Shown: positions 40,131 to 49,733 of the stretch, one piece after another
How the letters are laid out: each line of letters opens with the position of its first letter
Numbering within the stretch: position 1 is the stretch's first letter
Assembly: GCA_050014495.1 (NCBI GenBank)
Contig: JBEKDF010000002.1
Location: 32,001 to 96,000 of the forward strand
Direction: 5' to 3'
Source: Candidatus Bathyarchaeia archaeon
GTDB taxonomy: Archaea; Thermoproteota; Bathyarchaeia; TCS64
Length of the DNA: 64,000 nucleotides
The notes under the pieces: model-generated
Database searches by the model: none
What the model was told of the DNA's origin: nothing
Seen by the model: the letters and a program-made list of their open reading frames with translations, nothing else
Translations under genes and position numbers: made by a program

Positions 40131-42824
40131 CTATTCAAGCGTCACAATCCCCCTCACGCCATCTATGGTAACTCTCTGCCCAGTCTTGAAGAGGCTACAC
40201 GCGGCGTGCACGTTTGTCACCGCGGGTATACCGTACTCTCGGCTCACAACAGCGCCGTGGCTGAGTACTCCACCCATCTCGGTGACGAGGCCACCTATCT
40301 TACTGAAGACCGGCGTCCACCCCGGGTCCGTCCTCGGCACAACGAGTATCTCACCCGTCTGCACCTGCCAGATGTCGTCGATGCTTCCAAGCACCCGCAC
40401 GGGGGCGGTGAGCACACCCTGACTGGCTGGTATCCCCCTGAATGTGCTAGACTCGTCTGGCGGTGGGTCGTTAAACTCCCTCTCACCCTGCAGGAACTTT
40501 GGGGGCGTTGAGTTCTCGTATCGGAGGAACTCGGCCCTTCTCGACTCAATGTAAGAGCGGATCGTTTCTGCTGTTTCTTTAGAATCTCTCAGTGCAAGGC
40601 TTCTAACCTCCGACTTGGTTAGGAAGAAAATATCCGAGGGTTGGCTGATTATCCCCTTTTCTACAAGCCTCGCGCCTAGGGCAAGGTGGAGCTGCCTACT
40701 CATGGTAATCCACTTGTCGAGGGTGAAGCGCTGCTGCTCCCTGAAGACAATATATCGCCTTGCGTTGCCAAGGATGCCCGAGAGGAGGCTCCACTTTGCG
40801 AAGCCAAAGATTTGCCCATCAATGGCTGTCTTAACATTCGCCTCTGTCTCGAGCCTGAGTTTTCCACTCCTTTCCTCCGCTGCTGCGACATCGATGGCGT
40901 CCCCGGAGACCAGGGATTTGAGTATGTCAAATACGTACTTCGGCTCGTCCCCCCATCGCGGATAGTAGACCTCGCGGGTGAAGCCCCTGACCCCGTACTC
41001 GGTTAGGAAGGCATCGAAATCGGTCTTGAACTCAGCCACCTCTTTTAGGTTTGATGTTGAGAGTAGATCGTAGAGATTTATCGAGGGCTTCTCGAGTATC
41101 ATTCTTCTCAACTCCGGGGATGCCCTTATTTTCACTGATAGTTCTTCGATCTCTGCGTTCGTCTCACTCGTCTTATGTTTAAGACCGGAGACGAGTATAG
41201 GGTACACCCTCCTCCCCTCCTCAGCGCCGAGGAACCTCACCAAAAGGTACTGGGTGATAAGATTCATGCCAATGTTGTGAACTGGGATGCCGTATCGAAC
41301 CAAGCGATAGTGGCCGATCATCAGCTCGTGGATCTCGTCTGCGAGTTCAATGTATCCACTGAGGGTGGCACCATCGACAGCCCTAAGCCTCTCATCGAAG
41401 CTGAGGAAGAATGGGTCGAACTCCCTCAGCACCCACTCCTCATAAGCCTTGTCGGTCTTGCCTCCCGAACCGTTAGGGTCCTTGAAGGTGACACGTACTT
41501 CCGCCCATATGCGCCCGATAGTGTTGAAGCGGAGTCTTCTCATAGTCTCCTTTCCATAGGGGCCTGAGCCCTCGGGGAAGTAGTTGAGGACGTCGTTGTT
41601 CCTCAGGAAGGGAGGTATCTCGTTCTCCACCTTCCTCTTTAGGACCTCGAGGTTGAAGTAGGCATGCGCCTTGTGGAGTCGGAGTAGCTGTCTAGTCTTC
41701 TCAGAGTCTAGCGACTTGTACCCCATTATGTCGTTGAGCTCGATGTTAACGTACTGGGTCAGGTGGTCACCGAGCAGCTCAAAGTAGAGGGGTGTCACCG
41801 GGTCGTTCCAGTAGTCATCACTATAACCCCGGGTCCATAGAATCTCGTCGGCTGCCTCAATGCGTAAAGTCGTGATGGGGCGACTCTGTAGGATGTATAA
41901 CTTTTCCTCTTCCCCTATGCTCCATTCGATGTCCTGGGGGGAGCCCAACACCGCTTCAATCTTCGCTCCGACCTGTGCTAGCTCCAGAGCTTTCTCATCG
42001 GTTAAGCTAGGTTTCGAGCCTTGAGTTTCTTCGAGGTCGATGTACTCGACCCCATCTCTCGATGCCTGAGCGATCGTGGTCTTTGTCCCTATTTCCTTTG
42101 CTAGTACCCTGAAGCCTTCTCTATCTCTGCCGAGGACATACTTGTCGGGTGTTGCCCTGCCGCTGACGAGGGCCTCCCCGAGTCCGAAGGTGGACTCGAT
42201 GAGGAACTCGGAGCCGTCGGTTGTTAAGGGGCTTACCGTGAACATGACGCCACTGCTGCGGGAGGGCACCATTTCCTGGATTAGAACGGCCATCTTCGCG
42301 TCCTCGTAGCTCACGCTGTTCCTGTGCATGTATGAGAGTGCTCGCCCCGTCCAGAGGGAGGCGTAGCAGCCTTTCACAGATTCGATGACGGAATCTGCAC
42401 CTCGAACGTTGAGGAAGGTTTCCAGCTGGCCAGCGAAGCTGGCTGTACCGAGGTCCTCGGATGTTGCGGATGAGCGGACGGCGACTGGTTTCCCGCCCAT
42501 TCCTTTGAGCCTTTCCCTGATCTCCGACGCGAGTTCCATGGGGAAACTCGACCCCTCGATCGCCTCCCTAATCTTCCTCGCGTATTCCTCGACCGACCTC
42601 GGGTCATTATAGTCTATGCCCGCGAGCTCACTCTCGATTTGGCTTTGCAGTCCCTTATTCTCGTTTACGAATAGAGTGTAAGCCGCGGTGGTAACAACGA
42701 AGCCATCGGGGACGGGGAAACCTTTGTCTATAAGGTCATTGAGGTTGGCTGCTTTACTGCCTACCTTACTTACGTCACCTCGGGAGGCATCAGAGAGGCT
42801 GACTATAAGCTCTGACTCGGGCAT
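40131..42824 (-). CDS. PEP-utilising dikinase, rifampicin-phosphotransferase/PigC-like architecture
   Basis: N-terminal ATP-grasp (G.KA, AVRSSA..ED..SFAGQ, DIEW, LQSRPIT), helical middle domain, C-terminal phospho-His swivel (TDPGWT, GG.LSHGAVVSREYGIP). Confidence 0.9.
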   Translation of the reverse strand: MPESELIVSLSDASRGDVSKVGSKAANLNDLIDKGFPVPDGFVVTTAAYTLFVNENKGLQSQIESELAGIDYNDPRSVEEYARKIREAIEGSSFPMELASEIRERLKGMGGKPVAVRSSATSEDLGTASFAGQLETFLNVRGADSVIESVKGCYASLWTGRALSYMHRNSVSYEDAKMAVLIQEMVPSRSSGVMFTVSPLTTDGSEFLIESTFGLGEALVSGRATPDKYVLGRDREGFRVLAKEIGTKTTIAQASRDGVEYIDLEETQGSKPSLTDEKALELAQVGAKIEAVLGSPQDIEWSIGEEEKLYILQSRPITTLRIEAADEILWTRGYSDDYWNDPVTPLYFELLGDHLTQYVNIELNDIMGYKSLDSEKTRQLLRLHKAHAYFNLEVLKRKVENEIPPFLRNNDVLNYFPEGSGPYGKETMRRLRFNTIGRIWAEVRVTFKDPNGSGGKTDKAYEEWVLREFDPFFLSFDERLRAVDGATLSGYIELADEIHELMIGHYRLVRYGIPVHNIGMNLITQYLLVRFLGAEEGRRVYPILVSGLKHKTSETNAEIEELSVKIRASPELRRMILEKPSINLYDLLSTSNLKEVAEFKTDFDAFLTEYGVRGFTREVYYPRWGDEPKYVFDILKSLVSGDAIDVAAAEERSGKLRLETEANVKTAIDGQIFGFAKWSLLSGILGNARRYIVFREQQRFTLDKWITMSRQLHLALGARLVEKGIISQPSDIFFLTKSEVRSLALRDSKETAETIRSYIESRRAEFLRYENSTPPKFLQGEREFNDPPPDESSTFRGIPASQGVLTAPVRVLGSIDDIWQVQTGEILVVPRTDPGWTPVFSKIGGLVTEMGGVLSHGAVVSREYGIPAVTNVHAACSLFKTGQRVTIDGVRGIVTLE

Positions 42825-42938
42825 GGAAAAGGCTTCTTTGTATTTCATATTTAACTGTGGCTTGTTTCGCAGCGGCTTAGTCCCGGGTCTTGCTTAACTG
42901 TTAAATCTTCTTCGGCCCGATTAGTCTCAGAACCAACC

Positions 42939-43808
42939 TTGTGTCAGTGGTGTATGAAGCACGGCGCCGGTGGGAAGTGGTACCTCAACGCCCGCAACTA
43001 CTCGAACGAGCTAGCCGAGGAGATGCAGATGGAGGCATACCTAACTGAGCAGTGGATGAACTTCGAGCAGGTCTACATCAGGAAAATGATGGGCATAAGC
43101 AGCATTGGCCTTGGCTACAAGCTCAAGATGCCCATAGTTGGTAGGCTCCTACGATGGCAGGCCGAAAACATGATCCACAGCGAGAGCAGACACAGGAACC
43201 CCGTCAGGGCGGATGGCCACTTCGGCCAAGTGATCCCCCTTGAGGAGGCGAAGACTATTATGCTCAACTTGGCCGCGGAGCCCATCATCCAGAACTACTG
43301 CATGTGCCGCTGGATGCAGAAGGGGTGCAAGGATGTCTGCTGCATAAACTTCGGCGCTCTCAGTGGGGTGATCGAAAAGTTACCGCGCTTTATACCAAAG
43401 GATACTAAGGTCCGCTTAGGGCGTGAAGAGGCAGTAGCGGCTCTCGAGGAGCAGAACAGGAAGGGGCGAGTCTCCACGGTCTGGTTCCAACCAGTCCCAT
43501 ATATCAATGCCATCTGCAGTTGTGAGGTCCCCCAGTGTGGCGGCCTCCGCCTCCGCAACGACTTCGGGATATACACCGTCTACAAGGCTGAGTACGTGGC
43601 AGAGGTTAACCCTGACCTTTGCCAAGGCTGTATGAGGTGCGTAGCCCGATGTCAGTTTGGGGCGATACACTATAATGCGACAATAAAGCGAGTGATAATA
43701 GACCAAAACAAGTGCTTTGGATGCGGCCTCTGCCGCGACACTTGTAACTTCGACGCTCTCGGACTTATCCCACGTGACGACATCCCCGGACTCAAGGGTC
43801 AGTACTAG
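42939..43808 (+). CDS. Cys-rich Fe-S protein with C-terminal 2x[4Fe-4S] ferredoxin domain
   Basis: CQWCMKH, CMC, CC, CSC....C, then CxxCxxCxxxC twice. Confidence 0.88.
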   Translation: MCQWCMKHGAGGKWYLNARNYSNELAEEMQMEAYLTEQWMNFEQVYIRKMMGISSIGLGYKLKMPIVGRLLRWQAENMIHSESRHRNPVRADGHFGQVIPLEEAKTIMLNLAAEPIIQNYCMCRWMQKGCKDVCCINFGALSGVIEKLPRFIPKDTKVRLGREEAVAALEEQNRKGRVSTVWFQPVPYINAICSCEVPQCGGLRLRNDFGIYTVYKAEYVAEVNPDLCQGCMRCVARCQFGAIHYNATIKRVIIDQNKCFGCGLCRDTCNFDALGLIPRDDIPGLKGQY

Positions 43809-43819
43809 GAGGCATTTTG

Positions 43820-44077
43820 GTGAGTAGGACAAAGATAATAGTGGATCAGAAGAAGTGCGGGAATGCCTCAGGTGGCATTGACCCACGCGAGTGCGGTGAG
43901 TGCCTCAAATCCTGCGACCCTACAGTCTTCATCCGCCATGAGACCCTCGGTACCAAGCAGAGCAACCCCTATGACCCCGAGTTCTGGCAGGTGACCGCTG
44001 TCTGGACCGACCTCTGCACACGCTGTGGCAAATGCGTCAAGGCATGTCCACAAAAGGCCATCACCGTCGCTTGGTGA
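43820..44077 (+). CDS. Small ferredoxin-like protein
   Basis: C..(insert)..CGECLKSC and CTRCGKCVKACP. Confidence 0.85.
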   Translation: MSRTKIIVDQKKCGNASGGIDPRECGECLKSCDPTVFIRHETLGTKQSNPYDPEFWQVTAVWTDLCTRCGKCVKACPQKAITVAW

Positions 44078-44083
44078 CCACCG

Positions 44084-44851
44084 TTGGAGCGAATAGTTGT
44101 ATTGGGTAGAGGTGGCACAGGGAAGACGAGCTTCACAGCCATCCTCGCCAAGCACTTCATCGAGAAGGGGGAAACGCCCATTCTGCTCGTCGACCTCGAC
44201 CCCGACATGAACCTCGCAGAGATGGTCGGCGTGGACCTCGAGGAGGCGGGAAAGTCCACGATCTCTGAACTCCTCCTCGACACGATGGAGAGGGAGAGCG
44301 ATGGTACAGACGCCCCACAGCCTTTCCCGTTGGAGAAACTGGAGGCCCGAATCTGGGAGGAGGGACTCTACGAGGGTGAGGGGTTCGACCTCCTCAGCCT
44401 AGGCGTCAAGTGGGGTGAGGGCTGTTACTGCACGCCTAACAAGGCCATGAGGATGGCACTCGAGGGGATGCTCCGAAGCTACAGCCACGTCATAATCGAC
44501 TCCCCCGCAGGCCTCGAGCAGCTCAACCGTCGCGTCACCCCCCAGGTGGATGACGTCATCGACATAATAGACCCGTCCAATAAGGCGTTCGAGCACGTCA
44601 AGAGAACCCGAAGGCTTCTGGATGAGCTGGGCCTCAACTACAAGCGCTTCTATGTCGTCGGGAACTATCGATTCCCAGAGGACTGGGAAGGCGACATCGA
44701 GGGGAAGACTGGCGAAAAGTACATTGGCAAGATTGCCTCAGACTCATCGCTGGCGGATAAGGTCCTCAGAGGCGATTCCTTGCTGAGTCTCGCCAATGAC
44801 TCTCCCGCTAACCGATCTGCTGCCATGATATTCAGTAAAATCGGTTACTGA
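44084..44851 (+). CDS. CooC/AcsF-like Ni-insertion ATPase
   Basis: GRGGTGKT, DLDPD.NL, GEGCYC, D..AGLE.L.R. Confidence 0.88.
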   Translation: MERIVVLGRGGTGKTSFTAILAKHFIEKGETPILLVDLDPDMNLAEMVGVDLEEAGKSTISELLLDTMERESDGTDAPQPFPLEKLEARIWEEGLYEGEGFDLLSLGVKWGEGCYCTPNKAMRMALEGMLRSYSHVIIDSPAGLEQLNRRVTPQVDDVIDIIDPSNKAFEHVKRTRRLLDELGLNYKRFYVVGNYRFPEDWEGDIEGKTGEKYIGKIASDSSLADKVLRGDSLLSLANDSPANRSAAMIFSKIGY

Positions 44852-44916
44852 TTTACGCGACTGTGTGCCTCCAATATTATATAACCGGAGATGTGGATGG
44901 TGAAGGGTAAGCTGCC

Positions 44917-45783
44917 TTGGATCTCAGTGGCGTCCCCCCGATGCTCTTTATTGTTTCGGGGATCGTCACGATTACTGGCATCAACATCACTAACCGTTTT
45001 GCTATTGGATTCATCAAGACCCGCTGGGGTGTCATAGCCGCGAACTACTGCACAGCGCTCGCCTTAAGCGCAGCCATGTTCCTTATCAACGGGCTCCACC
45101 CAGCCTCGGTCCTCACACTTTGCCTCGGCTTCGTGACTGGGTTCCTCTATATCGGTGGCATGTACCTAGGCATGACGACTATCGGCAGACGCGGGGCCTC
45201 GATTGCCGTGTCCGCTAGTCAGCTGTCTGTGTTCATCCCTGTTAGCCTATCCGTCATAGTCTTCAGCGAGAGCCTTAGGATCAACCAAATAGTTGGCGTC
45301 GCTGTGGCACTCATCTCCCTCCCCCTCCTAGCAGCTAAGATAGGCGGGGGGCTGAATGGCTCTCTTGATAGGGAGACTCTACTGCTAATAATGACGCAGG
45401 TCTTCGTCCAGGGCTTCGCCCAATTCTCATCCAAGGTCCTAGTCGCCTCCGGCCTTAGCCCTGAGAGGGATGTCTTCTTCCTAGCCGTCTTCACATCAGC
45501 GACCCTCATCACAGTCCCCGTCGCCCTCAGGCACCGCGCCGAGATAACGAGGAAGGACTACGCCTACGGAGGCGTTGTCGGGGCCTTCAATATCGGCGGG
45601 AACCTATCAACCCTCCTCGCCCTCGTAGCCCTGCCTGGTGCGATAGTTTTCCCTCTCGTCAACTCGGGTGGCCTCCTGCTCGTCACTGTCATCGCTTGGC
45701 TCCTCTTCAAGGAGCGGATAAACTGGGTCAACGCCCTCGGTATCGCCCTGACCCTCGCCGCGGTCCTGCTCATCAACATCTAG
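44917..45783 (+). CDS. DMT/EamA family permease
   Basis: About 10 TM helices with two-fold repeat (F.E motifs). Confidence 0.85.
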   Translation: MDLSGVPPMLFIVSGIVTITGINITNRFAIGFIKTRWGVIAANYCTALALSAAMFLINGLHPASVLTLCLGFVTGFLYIGGMYLGMTTIGRRGASIAVSASQLSVFIPVSLSVIVFSESLRINQIVGVAVALISLPLLAAKIGGGLNGSLDRETLLLIMTQVFVQGFAQFSSKVLVASGLSPERDVFFLAVFTSATLITVPVALRHRAEITRKDYAYGGVVGAFNIGGNLSTLLALVALPGAIVFPLVNSGGLLLVTVIAWLLFKERINWVNALGIALTLAAVLLINI

Positions 45784-45798
45784 CCCCGCTTAACGCTC

Positions 45799-45999
45799 GT
45801 GCGCGCATTCCTCGGACACAAGAATATCAAGAACATACTGGTCTACGTTCAACTCGAGGAAGCAATCTACGATAAGCAGAATGAAGGCTTCATCAGCAAG
45901 GCGGCAACGAAGGTCGATGAAGTCTGTAAACTGGTCGAGTCTGGCTTCGACTACGTATGCGATGTCGGTGATGCTAAGGTATTCAGGAAGCGCAAGTGA
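45799..45999 (+). mobile_element. C-terminal remnant of tyrosine recombinase/integrase
   Basis: LGH......L.Y box II with the catalytic Tyr; tail GFDYV......FRKRK; ends 30 bp from the tRNA-Leu 3' end. Confidence 0.8.
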
Positions 46000-46009
46000 C
46001 CTCCGAAAA

Positions 46010-46042
46010 GTGCGGAGGATGTATGAAATGGTGCGGAGGATG
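46010..46042. repeat. 12-bp direct repeat of the tRNA-Leu 3' end (att-like)
   Basis: GTGCGGAGGATG at 46010-46021 and 46031-46042. Confidence 0.7.
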
Positions 46043-46116
46043 GGATTCGAACCCATGAACCCCTTCGGGATAGGAGCCTCAGTCCTACGCCTTTGGCCTA
46101 GCTGGGCGACCTCCGC
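46029..46116 (-). tRNA. tRNA-Leu(GAG), CCA encoded
   Basis: Acceptor GCGGAGG/CCUCCGC, anticodon stem UAGGA/UCCUA with loop CUGAGGC, long variable arm, GUUCGAAUC. Confidence 0.96.
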
Positions 46117-46142
46117 CCACCACTGTTAGCCGACATCGCCCA

Positions 46143-46148
46143 TTTATA
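46143..46148 (-). promoter_or_regulatory. TATA box of tRNA-Leu
   Basis: TATAAA about 27-32 nt upstream of the tRNA 5' end. Confidence 0.65.
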
Positions 46149-46167
46149 GGTTTGCCGACGCGCGGGA

Positions 46168-46242
46168 TGGGGCCTCAGCTGGGAGTCGAACCCAGGTCAA
46201 GGGATCCACAGTCCCGTATGCTACCGTTACACCACAGAGGCC
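46168..46242 (-). tRNA. tRNA-His(GTG), G-1 and CCA encoded
   Basis: Loop CUGUGGA, C73 discriminator opposite G-1, GUUCGACUC. Confidence 0.94.
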
Positions 46243-46270
46243 GCGCGAAAAGAGGGATACAGGGGATACA

Positions 46271-46276
46271 TTAAAA
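46271..46276 (-). promoter_or_regulatory. TATA box of tRNA-His
   Basis: TTTTAA about 30 nt upstream of the tRNA. Confidence 0.6.
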
Positions 46277-46354
46277 GGGTTTCGCGGAAAATCCAAACCA
46301 AAAAGAGTCGATTCTCCGACACCCCTTATCTTTCGAGACTATGAAGGTAATTAA

Positions 46355-47023
46355 TTAGACGAGACTCTTTTCTTTCAGGTAGTCGGGTAGCTCCCTGACG
46401 CTAGGGAGGATGGCATTTGGCTTCACTGCCTCGAGTTTCTCTCTCCTCTGTGTGCCGGTGAGGACCGCTACCGTATGAGCCTTCGCGTTATGCCCCTCCT
46501 CAATGCCAATAGCGGTGTCGTCCACCTTGACCACCTCCGCTGGGTCCCTGATGTGGCAGTGGCGCATGGTACGCCTGATCATGGCGGGGCTGGGCCTCTC
46601 CTCGTCCACGATCTCGCTGCACGTCCAGTAGTCGATGAGTCCCGACTCCTCCCATCGAAGGTGCTTGACTATGTCGTGTGTTACGACCGCTGGGAAGCCG
46701 CTCTCAACGCCTACCGCTACTCCATGTTCCCTAAGCCAGGTGAACGTCTTCGAAGTGCCCTCAATCTCCCTCACCCTCCCAATATTATCTTGGAGCATCT
46801 CGACGAAGTCCCTGTAGATGGCCTGTGCCTTGTCCCCGCCGAGCATGTTTATGACCTCCCGCTTGTCGCGGCCACGCATGTCGTTCAGGGTCTCCATAGG
46901 GACCTCCACTCCGTGGCGCCGGAACGCGTCGTCGTAGCTGCGGAGGACGAGCGGCATACCATCGATCACGTCGTCGACGGTTGTGCCCGCCATGTCGAAG
47001 ACTACTAAGCGAATCCTCGCCAC
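46355..47023 (-). CDS. HAD hydrolase, phosphonatase (PhnX)-like
   Basis: FDMAGTTVD, RP.P.MI, KVDDT..GI.EG, VLTG. Confidence 0.85.
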   Translation of the reverse strand: MARIRLVVFDMAGTTVDDVIDGMPLVLRSYDDAFRRHGVEVPMETLNDMRGRDKREVINMLGGDKAQAIYRDFVEMLQDNIGRVREIEGTSKTFTWLREHGVAVGVESGFPAVVTHDIVKHLRWEESGLIDYWTCSEIVDEERPSPAMIRRTMRHCHIRDPAEVVKVDDTAIGIEEGHNAKAHTVAVLTGTQRREKLEAVKPNAILPSVRELPDYLKEKSLV

Positions 47024-47026
47024 TCA

Positions 47027-47548
47027 TCACCACTCGTCCACGGAGACTATCTCACTGATCTCCTTACGCCTCCCTGGGAATGTCCACGTAGGGTCCTTCG
47101 GATAGCCGAGGGGCGTCACGGCGGTGACGTTCCACCCAGGCGGGATCTCCAGGAACTCCTTGATAGATTCGTTATCGAAGAGACCTATCCAGCAGGTGCC
47201 GAGTCCCTCCTCACGTGCAGCGAGAATGAGGTGGGTGAGGCCAATCGCCGAGTCTATGAGGAAGCTCATCTCACCCATGTAGCCGCCACGGTCATACTTT
47301 ATGTCGTTCCCGCAAGCCACGACGACTATCGGGGCCTCCGCTATCCAGGGCTGACCCCCGCTAAGTGTGGCGATCTTCTTCCTCAGCTCTGAGTCTTTGA
47401 TGAGGATGTACTTCCAGGGCTGCCTGTTGCTCCCCGAGGGGGCGACCCTCGCTGCCTCGAGAACCCTGCCGAGGACGTCCTCAGGTATCTCCGTTGACTT
47501 GTAGCTGCGGATGCTCCGCCTCGTCTTAATGACGTCATAGAACTCCAT
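47027..47548 (-). CDS. Nitroreductase family protein
   Basis: RRSIR, APS..N.QPW, GLGTCWIG, LGYP. Confidence 0.95.
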   Translation of the reverse strand: MEFYDVIKTRRSIRSYKSTEIPEDVLGRVLEAARVAPSGSNRQPWKYILIKDSELRKKIATLSGGQPWIAEAPIVVVACGNDIKYDRGGYMGEMSFLIDSAIGLTHLILAAREEGLGTCWIGLFDNESIKEFLEIPPGWNVTAVTPLGYPKDPTWTFPGRRKEISEIVSVDEW

Positions 47549-47665
47549 GGTTATCGTCTGTCCTTGTTGTGCCGCATAATTTAAACAGGTGGCCGCTGAT
47601 GTGAGTGCATCGCAGCGTTATGGCATGTTTTATCTATGAGTAGCATCCATCTCGACCCGATTTAT

Positions 47666-48475
47666 ATGCAGAACATCAAACTCGCTGGCTTGAAGGTGAG
47701 TCGGCTCTGCTTCGGGACCGAGCCCCTCGCGATCAAAAAGGGCCCAGACGATCATATGACGCAGGGGGACAAGACACCCGTTGAGGGAGGCGAGATACTA
47801 GCGGAGGCCTCCCGCCTCGGCGTCTACATGTGGGACACCTCAGACGACTACGGCACCCACCCTCACGTACGAGAGGCGCTGAAGAGGGTGAAGAGGAGCA
47901 CCGTCGTGGTCTCAGATAAGTCAAACGCCGCTACCTATGAGCAAGGCGTCAAGGCCGTTGATTTCGCATTAAAGGACCTCGGAACAGAGTACATCGACAT
48001 CATGTTCCTCCACATAGTGCCCCCGAGACCGATAGAGAGGAAGGATGCCAACGACAGACCCTACACGAGCCAGGACCTCAAGGGCCGAAAAGGTACCCTG
48101 GAGGCGTACATGGAGGCGAGGGACTCCGGCCTCATCAAGAAGATTGCCCTCTCAACCCACAGCACCGAGACCCTCCTCCAGGTCCTAAACTACCCCGACA
48201 TCGACGTCGTCTGTGCCCCTCTTAACAAGGTTGGGACATACCTGGAGGACGGGAACCAGCAGGAGCGTCTCGATGCCCTGAAGGTGCTCCACGACGCTGG
48301 GAAGGGTGTCTACGTCATAAAGACCCTCGCTGCCGGGAGGTACAAGGATGATGCAGAGGTATGTATAAGGTATGTCCTCGGGTTCCACGACTTCATCGAC
48401 GCCTGGAACATCGGCATGTACGACGTCGCAGATGTGAGGAGGAACATCGCTCTATTCGCCGGCGCCCTCGGGTAG
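47666..48475 (+). CDS. Aldo/keto reductase
   Basis: VSRLCFGT, DT.D.YG, L..EYIDI.FLH, STH. Confidence 0.88.
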   Translation: MQNIKLAGLKVSRLCFGTEPLAIKKGPDDHMTQGDKTPVEGGEILAEASRLGVYMWDTSDDYGTHPHVREALKRVKRSTVVVSDKSNAATYEQGVKAVDFALKDLGTEYIDIMFLHIVPPRPIERKDANDRPYTSQDLKGRKGTLEAYMEARDSGLIKKIALSTHSTETLLQVLNYPDIDVVCAPLNKVGTYLEDGNQQERLDALKVLHDAGKGVYVIKTLAAGRYKDDAEVCIRYVLGFHDFIDAWNIGMYDVADVRRNIALFAGALG

Positions 48476-48536
48476 TCGGGACCCACCGTCTTTTTAATCT
48501 AACCCGCTTTCCTCTTCCTTAACGGGTCGTGCCTCG

Positions 48537-49733
48537 GTGCCTTCGATCAGCAAATACCTAGCCCTAGAGGGAAACATACGGGTCCTCGCCCTACAGATCC
48601 TGATCTCCCAGCTGGGCTTCGGGATGCTCATTGTCGTTTGGCAACCCTATATACTCTCCCTCGGGTTATCCATGGTCGACCTCGGAATAATCCAGAGCCT
48701 GATCAACTTCAGCACCGCGGCCGGACTCTTCATATGGGGACCCCTCTCGGACATGTTTGGGAGGAAAAGAGTCATACTCCTCGGCCACGCGTCGAGGGTT
48801 GTCGCCGTCCTAGCCCTCATCATCTCGGGCAACCCCTTCTTCCTCTACGTCTTCGCCTTCTTCATCGGATTCAGCACTCTGTGGTACCAGATGAACCCGG
48901 CGCAAACGGCGCTGCTCGCGGAGTCTGTGCCCAACGAGAAAAGGGCTACCGCCTACGGGACACTGATGGCTATCAGTCAGGGGACGAGCATGGTGATGGC
49001 ATCGATTGGTGGCTACCTAGCCATCGTGACAGGGTACTGGTGGATATTCGCGATAACCATAGTCGGCGAGATTATTGGCATCGCCATCATGGCGTTATTC
49101 TTAAAAGAGACCCATAACGTCGGCGGCGCCAACAGCCGGGAGGTAGGAAACCGAATCATCGCGAACCTAAGACCAGAGAGGGAGCTGATGCCCATGTACC
49201 TGATGATGGTCGTAATGGGCATCGGCTACGGCGTTGGCTACTCACTCTTCTACGGCGCCCTGACGGACACATACAAGTTCACGACGCTGGAGCTGGGCTT
49301 GATGTCGACGGTGTCGAGCCTCGCTTGGGCGCTCGGCTCCATACCCACTGGGAAGCTGTCGGAGAGGTTCGGGGCCCGCATAGGGATCATGTTTTCAACG
49401 GCGTCAGCACTCATCACGGTAGTCGGCTTCATCCTGTTCAGGAGCTTCACTGCCTTCCTCGTCTTCAGCGTCTTCAACGGATTCGACCCCTGTTTCTGGA
49501 TACCTAACTGGACGAGCATCATCGCTGAGAGGACACCGATCAAGAAACGGGCCTCCATCTTTGGTAAGCTGGACGCCTATAACCGATTCGCAAGCATACC
49601 CGCTCCCTTCATCGGCGGCCTTATCTACGTCGGGTATGGATTCACAGCGCCACTGCTCATCCACCTAGCATGCCTGCTAGTTTGGGGTTATATGTTGATT
49701 AGGATCACGGCTAAGCCGAAGTCGGCTACTTGA
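48537..49733 (+). CDS. MFS transporter
   Basis: About 12 TM helices; G.LSD.FGRK and G.LSERFG. Confidence 0.92.
   Translation: MPSISKYLALEGNIRVLALQILISQLGFGMLIVVWQPYILSLGLSMVDLGIIQSLINFSTAAGLFIWGPLSDMFGRKRVILLGHASRVVAVLALIISGNPFFLYVFAFFIGFSTLWYQMNPAQTALLAESVPNEKRATAYGTLMAISQGTSMVMASIGGYLAIVTGYWWIFAITIVGEIIGIAIMALFLKETHNVGGANSREVGNRIIANLRPERELMPMYLMMVVMGIGYGVGYSLFYGALTDTYKFTTLELGLMSTVSSLAWALGSIPTGKLSERFGARIGIMFSTASALITVVGFILFRSFTAFLVFSVFNGFDPCFWIPNWTSIIAERTPIKKRASIFGKLDAYNRFASIPAPFIGGLIYVGYGFTAPLLIHLACLLVWGYMLIRITAKPKSAT

Noticed and set aside
44075..44086. In-frame TGA between the ferredoxin and CooC (selenocysteine)
   Set aside because: The TGA is part of the GGTGA RBS for the TTG at 44084, and both proteins look complete
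45781..45999. In-frame TAG joining EamA to the integrase stub (pyrrolysine or readthrough)
   Set aside because: EamA is complete at the stop and no pyl genes are seen; the shared frame is probably chance
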